From an uncultured Acidobacteriota bacterium (GTDB lineage: Bacteria > Acidobacteriota > Vicinamibacteria > Vicinamibacterales > UBA2999), in assembly GCA_963721715.1 (NCBI GenBank), contig CAVRKI010000001.1, positions 53,824-117,823 on the forward strand: a stretch of 64,000 nucleotides of DNA, written 5' to 3'. Position numbers and translations under genes: made by a program. The notes beneath the pieces were generated by a model, which worked only from the letters and a program-made list of their open reading frames with translations, was not told where the DNA came from and ran no database searches. Below are positions 8,536 to 17,622 of the stretch, piece after piece (position 1 is the first letter of the stretch; the number at the start of each line of letters is the position of its first letter).

Positions 8536-11400
8536 CTAGAACGTGAACTTGAAGCCGAGCTGGAACTGGCGCTGTTCGTAGCCGCCGGTGGGCACCAGCT
8601 GATCGGCCGACGTCGGCAGCGTGCCGAGCGGCACGCCGAGCGCGTTGGTGGCCACGTTGGCGTTGACGCCCGAGGTCTGCACGGTGTTGAAGATGTTCTT
8701 CACCTCACCGATGATCTCCGCCGCCGTGCTGCCGCGGATGCGGAACCGGCGCGAGTAGCGGAAGTCGACGTTGTAGCGCGCCGGCAGGTTCAGCGAGTTG
8801 CGGCTGACGCCGTCGGGACGATCGCTGGCCGTGGCGTCGTTGTTGATCTCGGTGACCGTGCGCAGGTTCACCGGGATACCGCTCGCGAACTGCAGCGCGA
8901 TGCCGAACACGTTGTCGTTCAGCAGCGTCCCCATCGCGCCTTCACGATCGAAGCGGGGCGTGGAGACGATGCTGCCACTGAAGGTGTGGCGCTGGTCGAG
9001 GATGTTCGGCCCCAGCTCGCGGTCGAGATTGGTCATGTCGGTGCGGCCGGCATCGCCCTGGACCGACAACACGCCGGTGATCGGCGCGTTGTCCTCGCTC
9101 TTGCCCAGCGTGTAGGCAAAGTCGAAGCCGAATGTGGGGCTGCGGCGCGTGAGCTGCAGGGTCATGTTCTTGTAGGTGGAGTCGCCGATCGACTGCGTCG
9201 AGTTGATCGCGTTGTAGCGCGGATCGACGCGCGTCGCGGCACTGATCGTCGGGCTGAAGATCGGGATGCCGCTCGGCGTCGAGCCGGTCGGGTTGATCAG
9301 ATTGATATTGGTGACGACCGGCAGGTTGTTGCCCTTGACGTAGGAGGCGCCCACCGAGACCGAGTAGCTGTCGCCCAGCTGGCGCTCGAACTGCACGTTG
9401 TTCTGCCACGAGCGCGCCACCTTGAAGTCCTGGTCCACGGTCCAGGCCACATTCGGCTGGGCGCCGGCGCCGGCGCTGAGCACGGCCGGGTACGACGGCG
9501 CACCCGCCTGGTTCGGCGTGAAGTTGGCCGAAGCCCGCGCGTTGGTGCCGTCGTTCTGCAACGCCTGCTCGTAGATCGCGTTCAGGGTCTGGTCGTACAT
9601 GATGCCGGTGTTGGCCCGCACCACCGAGCGGCGGTCCGAGCCGAGGGTCCACACCGCGCCGATGCGAGGCGCGAAATTGCTCTTCGACACCGGGAAGTCA
9701 CGCGAGGTCTCGACCGGCGCATTGGGATCGGCCTCGGGCACGCCGTAGAGGTCGTAGCGCACGCCGTAGAGAATCTTCAGGTCGGCGCCGACGCGCCAGT
9801 CGTCCTGCACGAACAGCCCGTACTGGCTGGTGTTGTATTCGAGGTTGGGCAGGCCGAAGTACTGCGTGAACGAGGTGTAGCCGAGTGGGTTGCTGCCGTT
9901 CTGGGCCGCCTGGTAGGCCGCGATCGTCGGGAAGGTGTAGAGGGCCGCCGGCGCCGAGCGGCGCGTGTCGGCGACGAACTGCAGGTCGACACCCGCCTTC
10001 AGCGCATGATCGCCGCGCAGCAGCGTCGTGCTGTTGTTCAGCTGCAGCACGTCCTGCGTGAAGCCGAAGCCGGCGTCGGAGATGGCGGCGATGGGCCCGC
10101 CGAACTGGGCGACGTTGGGGATGTTGATGGCCGGGCCGGTGCCCGACGCGGCGTTTGGCACGCGCGACTGCGCGCGGGTGGCGTACTGGAAGCGGAACTC
10201 GTTCAGCATGCCCGAGCCGATGGTCGAGATCAGCTGGGCGCCGGTGGAGTGCTGCCGGTCGGCGAAGTCGTTGGCGCGCTGCACCGAGAGGATGCCGCCG
10301 CCCACGTTCGCGGTGATGAAATTGTCGAAGAACATGTAGCGCACGGACAGCCGGTTCGCCTGGTTGATCTGGTGGTCGATCTTGCCGATCGCGAACTCGG
10401 TGTTCAGCCCGCGCGGCTGGTACTGCGGCTCGGTGAGCCCGAGCGCCGCCTGGTTCGCCGGAGTAATCGTGATGACGCTGAGGCCCGAGAGGTCGCGCTC
10501 GGTGTGCTCGTAGCCGCCGAAGAAATGGGTCTTGTCACGAATGATCGGGCCGCCCAGGTCGAAGGTGTAGACGTTGACGTCGGTCGGGGGCTTGTCCGCC
10601 GTCGCCGACGCATAGAACGGCGTCGCTACCATCGACTGGCGCTGCATGCGGTAGCTGCCCTGGCCGCGGTAGGTGTTGGTGCCCGAGGGCGTGATCGCGT
10701 TGTAGACCAGGCCCATCGTCTGGCCGAACTCCGGCGCGTAGCCGGTGGTGACGACCTTCACCTCGCGAATCATCACTTCGGACATCGGCATCTGCCGCAG
10801 GCCGGCGCGATCCTTCTGCGTGTTGTTGCTGCCGTCCACCTGGTAGTTCACGCGCAGCAGCGCGCCGTTGGCGGTGAGGCGGGGCACGCCGAACTCGTTG
10901 GTCTCGAAACCGACCACGCCCGGCTGCAGCAGGGCGAAGTTGTAGGGGTTGCGCGAGGTCAGCGGCAGGGTCTTGATCTCGGCCTCGCTCAAGGTGCGGC
11001 CCTGCTCGATCTTGCCGAGGTCCACCAGCGGCGCCGCCGCGGTGACCGTGACGGTCTCCTGCAGAGTGCCGACGGTCAGTTGGAAGTTGATGACCGCCGT
11101 CTGGCCCGCGCTCAGCGTCACGCCGCTCTGCTCGAACTTCTTGAAGCCCTGCAATTCGGCCGCGACCCGGTAGCGACCCAACTGCAGCAACGGCGCGCGG
11201 TACAACCCGCTTTCGTTCGTGACCACGGCGCGGGTGTCGCCCGTGTCGAGATTCGTCACGGTCACCGTGACGCCGGGCAGCACGGCGCTCTGTTCGTCAA
11301 CCACGGTGCCTTCAATGGTGCCGTTGATGGCCGTGGACTGCGCCGCGGCCGGAAGCCCGGTCGCCAAGGCAAGAATAACTGCGAAGAATATGCGGAGCAT
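8536..11400 (-). CDS. TonB-dependent receptor with N-terminal carboxypeptidase-regulatory-like domain
   Basis: Intact 954-aa ORF with a signal peptide and a CarboxypepD_reg module (INGTIEGTVVDEQSAVLPGVTVTVTNLDTGDTRAVVTNESGLYRAPLLQLGRYRV). A long barrel ends GFKFTF. AGGAGG lies about 10 nt upstream of ATG 11400. Confidence 0.9.
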   Translation of the reverse strand: MLRIFFAVILALATGLPAAAQSTAINGTIEGTVVDEQSAVLPGVTVTVTNLDTGDTRAVVTNESGLYRAPLLQLGRYRVAAELQGFKKFEQSGVTLSAGQTAVINFQLTVGTLQETVTVTAAAPLVDLGKIEQGRTLSEAEIKTLPLTSRNPYNFALLQPGVVGFETNEFGVPRLTANGALLRVNYQVDGSNNTQKDRAGLRQMPMSEVMIREVKVVTTGYAPEFGQTMGLVYNAITPSGTNTYRGQGSYRMQRQSMVATPFYASATADKPPTDVNVYTFDLGGPIIRDKTHFFGGYEHTERDLSGLSVITITPANQAALGLTEPQYQPRGLNTEFAIGKIDHQINQANRLSVRYMFFDNFITANVGGGILSVQRANDFADRQHSTGAQLISTIGSGMLNEFRFQYATRAQSRVPNAASGTGPAINIPNVAQFGGPIAAISDAGFGFTQDVLQLNNSTTLLRGDHALKAGVDLQFVADTRRSAPAALYTFPTIAAYQAAQNGSNPLGYTSFTQYFGLPNLEYNTSQYGLFVQDDWRVGADLKILYGVRYDLYGVPEADPNAPVETSRDFPVSKSNFAPRIGAVWTLGSDRRSVVRANTGIMYDQTLNAIYEQALQNDGTNARASANFTPNQAGAPSYPAVLSAGAGAQPNVAWTVDQDFKVARSWQNNVQFERQLGDSYSVSVGASYVKGNNLPVVTNINLINPTGSTPSGIPIFSPTISAATRVDPRYNAINSTQSIGDSTYKNMTLQLTRRSPTFGFDFAYTLGKSEDNAPITGVLSVQGDAGRTDMTNLDRELGPNILDQRHTFSGSIVSTPRFDREGAMGTLLNDNVFGIALQFASGIPVNLRTVTEINNDATASDRPDGVSRNSLNLPARYNVDFRYSRRFRIRGSTAAEIIGEVKNIFNTVQTSGVNANVATNALGVPLGTLPTSADQLVPTGGYEQRQFQLGFKFTF

Positions 11401-11435
11401 CGGGGAGACCCCTCCTGTAAAAGGTCAGACCTTGC

Positions 11436-11441
11436 ATTGTA
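11436..11441 (-). promoter_or_regulatory. candidate -10 hexamer TACAAT upstream of the TonB receptor
   Basis: AT-rich hexamer in GC-rich DNA, 36-41 nt upstream of the ATG. A GTCAC-N6-GTGAC hairpin lies just upstream. The -35 is weak (TGAATC, 18-nt spacer). Confidence 0.3.
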
Positions 11442-11619
11442 TGTCACGGCCCTGTGACGGATTCAGGGGCCACACAGGAGCCAGACGCCGATACGCCCCT
11501 CCAGGGTCCCGGCGCTGCACGGCACTTCCTGCCGTTTCAAGGCATGGGGCGCTGCCCGGTTGGCATCCGCGAAACGGAGCGGGGCCGAACCTCGATACCA
11601 AGGCGTCGATGAGAGCGGC

Positions 11620-13116
11620 CTATTGGCAGAGGTGCCACGGCCCGACAACGTCCAGCGGACGCTGCCCGTCGCAGGGTGTTTCCTGAATCGTGACGACGCC
11701 GTCGCCGGCGCGCTCGACCAACTGCTGGTATTCGCGCACCCGCTGCAGTTCGGTGGAGGCCACGATCACGCGCTCGGCGGTGAGGAAGCTGACCACGTAC
11801 GAGCGCCAGTAGCCGGCCCGCGCCAGCCGCACCCCTCTGGATTCGAGCCGCTCGGCCAGGGGCACGAACCGGGGCGGAGGCGGCGTGACTCGCGCGTGGT
11901 CCAGCACGACGGCGTGATCGACGATCGAGGCGACGGCCAGCAGCCCGCACAGCGCCCCACCCGCCGCGCGCATCGCCATCGGCCTCCACGGCTGCAGCAG
12001 AATCGCGGCGAATCCCACCGGAAGGAACAGCGATAGCAGGCCGTAGCGGAACGTGAACATGCTGAGGTCGCGCGTCAGCGCGTAGATCACGCCGCTCTCG
12101 AGCCCGACGATAGCGAGGAAGATCGGGAACGCCATCGGCTCGAACGAGCGACGCCGGACAAGGTCCACCAGCAGCCAGATCAGCAGCAGCGCGCTCATCC
12201 CCGCCGCAACGGGCAGCAGCTCGCGCCAGCCCACGTGCGCGTCCGTCCCGATCGACAGCAGGTTCGGCCGGAAGCCGTCGAGGCCCACCACCATCGGCAG
12301 GTGCTCGGTAGCCAGCGCGCGGAAACGCGAGGGGAGGGCCGACCAGTCCAGGTTCGCTCGGGCCACCAGCAGCGAGATGTTGTCCTGGGAGGCGGCCGAC
12401 ACGGGCACGCCGGCCGACCCTGGCCCCATCAGGTCCGCATACGGCTTCAGCGCGTTGACACCCTGGAACACCACGAGGAAGGCGAATCCCGTCAGCACCC
12501 ACGGCCGCACCAGCGGCATCACGCGGCCGCGCGCCGCGACGAACTGCAGGAGGAGCAGCGCCGGGACCGCATAGGCCGAGAACTCACGATGCAGAAACGC
12601 CACGGCGAGAACGGCACCGAGCGCCAGCGGTTTCTCGCGCAGCGTCCAGGCCAGCAGCACCCAGAAGAACGGCTCGACGTTGCCGCCCTGTGCTTCGAGC
12701 AGGTGAGCGGAGGTGACGAACGGCGCGATGACGAACGGCGACGCCGCCAGCGCCGCCAGCCAGACACTCAGCCGCGCGTCGACGACCAGCAGCCGCCACA
12801 GCAGCAGGGCGGTGATCGAGTTGAGCGCCACCATGGTCAGGCGCAGCGCCAGCACGGTGGGACCGAGCACCGCGAAGAACGGGGCCATCACCCACGATTC
12901 CACCCCGAGCATGTACTCCTGTCCGTAGAAGAACAGGGGCAGCGCGCGCCCCTCGACCAGGTGTTTCGCCATCAGACCGACGATGGCCTGGTCGGAGTCG
13001 AAGTAGCTTTCGTCGAACTCGAGGAAGAACCAGCTGCGGAAGAGAACGCCGGCGAGGATGAGCAGGCCCACGAGAAGAGCGAGCCGCTTGGGATCGCGCG
13101 GTGCCTGGGGCATCAT
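11620..13116 (-). CDS. polytopic membrane protein, possibly GT-C (ArnT/PMT-like) glycosyltransferase
   Basis: Intact 498-aa ORF with at least 10 hydrophobic helices. The first loop, FDESYFDSDQA, resembles the acidic loop of GT39/GT83 enzymes. Soluble C-terminal tail. The family call is tentative. Confidence 0.7.
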   Translation of the reverse strand: MMPQAPRDPKRLALLVGLLILAGVLFRSWFFLEFDESYFDSDQAIVGLMAKHLVEGRALPLFFYGQEYMLGVESWVMAPFFAVLGPTVLALRLTMVALNSITALLLWRLLVVDARLSVWLAALAASPFVIAPFVTSAHLLEAQGGNVEPFFWVLLAWTLREKPLALGAVLAVAFLHREFSAYAVPALLLLQFVAARGRVMPLVRPWVLTGFAFLVVFQGVNALKPYADLMGPGSAGVPVSAASQDNISLLVARANLDWSALPSRFRALATEHLPMVVGLDGFRPNLLSIGTDAHVGWRELLPVAAGMSALLLIWLLVDLVRRRSFEPMAFPIFLAIVGLESGVIYALTRDLSMFTFRYGLLSLFLPVGFAAILLQPWRPMAMRAAGGALCGLLAVASIVDHAVVLDHARVTPPPPRFVPLAERLESRGVRLARAGYWRSYVVSFLTAERVIVASTELQRVREYQQLVERAGDGVVTIQETPCDGQRPLDVVGPWHLCQ

Positions 13117-13127
13117 GCTGGGCGTTG

Positions 13128-15030
13128 ATGATAGCAGCCGACTTCGTCCCCGCGTGCCCGTCGGCCTGGCATCGTGCGGTGCTCGAACTGGTGCTCACCG
13201 GCCGATGGAGTGACATACCCGCGGCGACGTGGCCGCCGCTCGTCTGGTTCGCGGCGCCGGCGGGGGTGATCACGGCGCTGGCGCTGCTGGCCGTGATGAC
13301 GAAACGTCCGCGAGCGCTCGTCGTGCTGCTCGCGGCTTCGGCGTTGGTGAACCTGTGGCTGCCGCTCGCGCTGGCGCCGTTGCTGCTGGGGACGCGGCCG
13401 TGGCCGCCGGTGGATCGCTGGCGCACGACGGTGGCGGTGGCGGCAACGCTCGCGCTCGGCGCCTACGTCGCGACGCCGTCGTGCGATCCCGCGGTCGATG
13501 GTTTCGCGCTGGCGCCGCCGGCCCGGATGCCGGCGATGGTGTGGGCGAGCGATCGGCATCGCCGGTGCGGCGCTGCTGGCAGCCGATGCCGCGTTCAGTC
13601 GGCGTTCCCGGCCGGTGCAGGCGGCCTGCCTGGGAGCAGCGCTGATGACGACGGCGATCGCGGTGACGATGGGCGGCGCGGATCGCACGGCGCTGCTCGG
13701 CGTGCTGGTCGCGCTCGCGTGGAGCCGGGTGGTCGCCGGCGGACGTCAACTGCTGCAATGGCAGACCACCTCGGGCGAGCGGGCTGGCGCCGTGCTGCTG
13801 CTGATGCTGGTGCCGCTGCTGTCCGTATCCAAGGCGGCGCGGCCGGGGTTCCGCGACACCGCTCCCGGCACGCGCGAGGTGTGGAGCGCTCTCGAGGCCA
13901 CCCGTGCTCCGGCGGCCGTGGTGTCCACCGGCGGGCGGGCGGACGTCGCCGCGGAGGTCTGGCGCGCGGGCCCGTCGCCCGCGCAGCACTCGCTCGTGCT
14001 GCTGCCGCTCGTGCCGGACGTCCTGGCCCCGCAGTTCGACAGCCGCGCGATTCACGCGTGGGCCGGTCCCGGTGACGTGCTGGCCACACAGGGATTCCTG
14101 GTGGCGCCAGGCGTGGCAACCAGGGACAACACCGCGCCGCTCTCACGGCTGATCGACTACACGGCGTGCCGGGCGCTGTCACCCGAATGGACGGACGTAC
14201 AAGGCATCGCGACCGGCGGCCAGTTCACCGCCGTCATGCCCGAAGTGGCGCCGCTTCGCGGCGGCCTCATCTATCTGGCCGCCGCCCGTCGCCTGATACC
14301 GCAGCCGATCAACTGGCCGCCGGAGGGGCTGGACGGCTTCCAGGTGGCGGCGTTCGATCGGCAGGTGCCGGCCGAGGCCGAGGCCGTGACGGCGGCGCTC
14401 GGGCGTGACGAACTCGACGCCCCGCGCATGGGTGACGCACGGTTCGTCTATCGAATGCGATTCGACCGGCTCGCGACCTCCGCCGAGACGCTGCACATCG
14501 GCCTTGGCGGACGTGCGGTGGCGGCCTGGGTTCGTCTCTACGCGCGTGATGACGCCCAGCCGGGGCGGCGGCCATCCGTGTGCCTCAACCGGGCGGGATT
14601 CGCAGTGGCCGGCTATGCGGATACGCCGGCCCGCGTGGCCTTGAACCTGTCGGCGCCGCAGGTGGTGGGCAGCGGGTGGCATGCCTTCGAAGGCGCGGAC
14701 CAGGGTGGCTTTCGCTGGACGTCGGCGAGCGAGGCCGATCTCTTCGTCATCGTGCACCAGCCGCAACCGATGACCCTGCACATCGACGCGCAGCCCGGCA
14801 CCGGGGACTGGGCCACGGCCAACATGCGCGTGACGCTGAACGGCGTCGACGCGCAGTGCGGTGCCGCCATGATGCCGTGCGACTGGACGCTGCCAGTCGG
14901 CGCGATGCGCCGCGGATTGAACGTGGTCACGCTGCACGCCGCGCCGGTCCAGGCGCCGGCGCCAGATCCGCGGCAGCTGGGGTTGCTCGTCAACGCCGTG
15001 AGCCTGTCGACGACGGCGCCGGCACGCTAG
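13128..15030 (+). pseudogene. hypothetical membrane protein (about 7 TM helices plus a ~350-aa soluble domain), one frameshift
   Basis: ORFs 13101..14075 and 13498..15030 join as ..PAMVWA|AIGIAGAALLAADAAF.. if the base at about 13548 is removed. No family recognised. Confidence 0.6.
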
Positions 15031-15102
15031 GCGCGCGGGCAACGGAACCTGCCGGCCTCGACGGGCGAAGTCCGGCGCTGGCCGGACGAAGGAAGCAGCC
15101 GA

Positions 15103-16329
15103 TTAGAGGCTGCGGGCGAAGCCGAAGTGCTCGTCGGCGGCGGTGGCTTCGCCCATCACGTGCCTGAGCAGGATGCGGCTGGCGAGGAACGCGCGCGCGG
15201 GATCGTGCGCCGTGCCGAACGCGAACAGCTGGTGCGGAAAATTGCGGTGCAACCCCGCGTAGAGACCGCCATCGGCCGCGTGCGCGAGCGGCAGCGACCA
15301 TCCGAACGCCGGCGGCACACCCGAGATCGCGGGATAGAGGCGCGACAGCTCGTACATCAGCTGCCCGGTCCGCTGCACGTGGACCTTGTGCTCGTTGCGC
15401 GCGGCCGGGCGCTCGCCATCGGCACCGGAAATCAGGACGCGGTGGTCGGCGGTCCAGCAGATCGTGTGCGGCGGCGTCTCGACGTCGCAGATGATGGCGG
15501 ATCGGGGCCCGACTTCCTTGCGCACCGTTGGCGGAAGCACATCGCTCAGCGCGATCGCCCGGGCCTCGAAAGAAAAGTGGCGCTTCAGGCCCTTCACCAG
15601 TTCGGTGGGCTCGCCCGTGGCGTGAACCACGCACGGCGAGACCAGCGTGCCGCCGCTGGTCATCACGGTCGCCACCTTGCGATCGAAGGTGATCTTCTTC
15701 ACGGTGGTGCGCTCGAAGATCCGCGCGCCTCGCGCCGCGGCGGCCGAGGCGAACCCGAGCACCAGCCGGTACGGATCGCACTGCGCCCACGGCGTCAGCC
15801 TTGCCGCGCCGGCGCTGTCGGCGCCGGTGGCCTTGGTCGCCACGGCAGCGCCCTGCCACGCGATGTCGAAACCTGCCGCACGCCGCGCCTCCACTTCCTT
15901 CTGGAGATCCCTGGCGGGCCAGCCGGCCGGGACCAGGCGGAGTGCATCGAGGACCTCCAGATCGGCCTTGATGCCCAGCCGCTTGACCGTGGCGGCGAGG
16001 TCCATCACCGCCTTGCGCGCATGCTCGGCGTGCGCGCGAGCCGTCTTGCGGCCGTCAGCGGCCTCGAGGTCGAGGATGGAGAGCCCGGCTTCTCCGACGC
16101 AGACGCCGCTCGATCGCCCGCTGCCACCGCTGCCCAGTCGATCGGCCTCGAGCAGCACGACCTTGCTGCCGGCCGCGGCGCAGGCGTACGCCGTCATCGC
16201 TCCGGCCAGGCCGCCGCCGATGATGACCAGCGGCGCGTGCTCGTTGCCCTTGAAGGGCGGGTGCACGGGACGTTTCTTCGCGGGCACGCGGTCGAGCCAT
16301 GGCGACACACCGTATCTGGTGACAGGCAC
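15103..16329 (-). CDS. FAD-dependent oxidoreductase (DAO family)
   Basis: Intact 408-aa ORF with the dinucleotide fold VIIGGGLAGAMTAYACAAAG. Confidence 0.85.
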   Translation of the reverse strand: MPVTRYGVSPWLDRVPAKKRPVHPPFKGNEHAPLVIIGGGLAGAMTAYACAAAGSKVVLLEADRLGSGGSGRSSGVCVGEAGLSILDLEAADGRKTARAHAEHARKAVMDLAATVKRLGIKADLEVLDALRLVPAGWPARDLQKEVEARRAAGFDIAWQGAAVATKATGADSAGAARLTPWAQCDPYRLVLGFASAAAARGARIFERTTVKKITFDRKVATVMTSGGTLVSPCVVHATGEPTELVKGLKRHFSFEARAIALSDVLPPTVRKEVGPRSAIICDVETPPHTICWTADHRVLISGADGERPAARNEHKVHVQRTGQLMYELSRLYPAISGVPPAFGWSLPLAHAADGGLYAGLHRNFPHQLFAFGTAHDPARAFLASRILLRHVMGEATAADEHFGFARSL

Positions 16330-16385
16330 GGGTGGATATTACTGGAGGGAACGGGAAGCCGGTACCCGGGGTCCGGAAACAGCGG

Positions 16386-16409
16386 ACTCAAGACTCAAGA
16401 CCCAAGACC
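16386..16409. repeat. heptamer array, family A reverse complement (ACTCAAG ACTCAAG ACCCAAG ACC)
   Basis: Lies between the oxidoreductase start and the ada stop. Confidence 0.8.
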
Positions 16410-16416
16410 GCCCCCC

Positions 16417-17496
16417 TTACTTCCCCCTCGCCTCTCGGGCCAACAGCTTCTTCTTCCGCTCGACGCCGTAGCGGTAGCCACCGAGCCCGCCGTCGCTCTG
16501 CACCACGCGATGGCAGGGAACCACCAGACACACCGGGTTGGTGGCGCAGGCACGGGCCACGGCGCGGGCCGCGCTCGGCCGGCCGATGGCGCGAGCCACG
16601 TCGGCATAGCCGCTGGTCTCGCCGTACGGGATGGCTTGCAGCGCCCGCCACACTTTCCACTGGAACGCCGTGGCACGAACGTCGATCGGCAGGTCCAGCG
16701 CCGGCAGCTCCCCCCGAAGGTGCTGGACGATGGCGCGGACCCATTCCTGACGGGCCGGCTCACCCTCGCGGATGTCGGCCGCCGCATACTCCTCTCGGAG
16801 ATCGCGGGCCAGCTGCGCGTCGGAGTCACCCAGCTTCACCGCGCACACGCCGTTGCCGGTGGTCGCCACCAGCAGGCGGCCGAACGGGCAGCCAACGATG
16901 GAATAGGCCACCTGCATGCCGGCGCCGCCCTTGCGGTAGACCGAGGGCGCCATGGCCCTGGTGGCCCGGCCCTCGTAAACGCGGCTCGGCGAGCCATACC
17001 CCGCCACATAGATCGCCGTCGTCACATCGTCGCCGCGGCGGAGGCTGGCGCGCAGGCGATCGGCGCGGCAGGCCGCCTGGAATTCGCGGGGTGACACGCC
17101 GACCAGGGCCTTGAAGCGCCGCTGCAGGTGGTGGGGGCTCATCGCCGCCACGCGCCCCAGGCTGGCCAGGGTGACCGGCTCGTCCGCATGGGCGGAGAGA
17201 TAGGCGGACACACGGCGGACAGCCTCCATGCCGGGTACGCCGATGTCGACGATGTCGGGCTTGCAGCGTTTACAGGGACGGAAGCCCTCGCGCCGGGCCT
17301 CGCCACCGGTATCGAAAAAGCGCACGCGGTCCGCGCGCGGCCGCCGGCTGGGGCAGCTCGGCCGGCAATAGATGCCGGTCGACGTCACCGCGTAGACGAA
17401 CGATCCGTCGGCGTTGCCATCCCGTGTGGCCAGCGCCTTCCACCGCGCGTCGAGGCCTGTGGGTTCCGCCATGTCCAGAGATCCATGCTGCATCAT
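16417..17496 (-). CDS. ada: bifunctional Ada: methylphosphotriester-DNA methyltransferase/AraC regulator plus O6-methylguanine-DNA methyltransferase
   Basis: ATG 17496 inside ORF 16417..18759. N-terminal Cys/Zn site (GIYCRPSCPSR..CKRC), an AraC HTH, and the C-terminal PCHRV active site. Confidence 0.9.
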   Translation of the reverse strand: MMQHGSLDMAEPTGLDARWKALATRDGNADGSFVYAVTSTGIYCRPSCPSRRPRADRVRFFDTGGEARREGFRPCKRCKPDIVDIGVPGMEAVRRVSAYLSAHADEPVTLASLGRVAAMSPHHLQRRFKALVGVSPREFQAACRADRLRASLRRGDDVTTAIYVAGYGSPSRVYEGRATRAMAPSVYRKGGAGMQVAYSIVGCPFGRLLVATTGNGVCAVKLGDSDAQLARDLREEYAAADIREGEPARQEWVRAIVQHLRGELPALDLPIDVRATAFQWKVWRALQAIPYGETSGYADVARAIGRPSAARAVARACATNPVCLVVPCHRVVQSDGGLGGYRYGVERKKKLLAREARGK

Positions 17497-17564
17497 GTGA
17501 CCCACGGTATGCCACCGCCCAGGGACGGCACGATCCGCGGATTGCGGTGGAAGTGGCGGGGACA

Positions 17565-17594
17565 GGGGCTGGGGCTTGAGGCTTGAGTCCTGGG
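17565..17594. repeat. heptamer array family A (GGGGCTG GGGCTTG AGGCTTG AGTCCTG)
   Basis: In the divergent spacer between ada and the acylase gene. Confidence 0.7.
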
Positions 17595-17622
17595 CCAGGG
17601 CTGTCCGCGCGATAATCGGCTG

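Noticed and set aside
8437-11457. Very long ORFs on the strand opposite to recognisable genes. Examples: 8437..11457, 6403..8394, 15127..17094, 22644..24656, 45472..47649, 45864..47700, 57144..58619.
   Set aside because: They are Arg/Ala/Gly/Pro-rich low-complexity translations, typical of antisense or off-frame reading of very GC-rich genes. Each is fully overlapped by a protein with clear family motifs, and none has a domain signature of its own.
11401-11620. A riboswitch or structured leader upstream of the TonB-dependent receptor. This includes a 7-bp stem CCGTTTC...GAAACGG at 11532-11577.
   Set aside because: I could not recognise a B12 box, TPP motif or other known riboswitch core. A plausible -10 lies only about 36 nt from the ATG, so most of this region is probably upstream of the transcript. 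It remains unverified.
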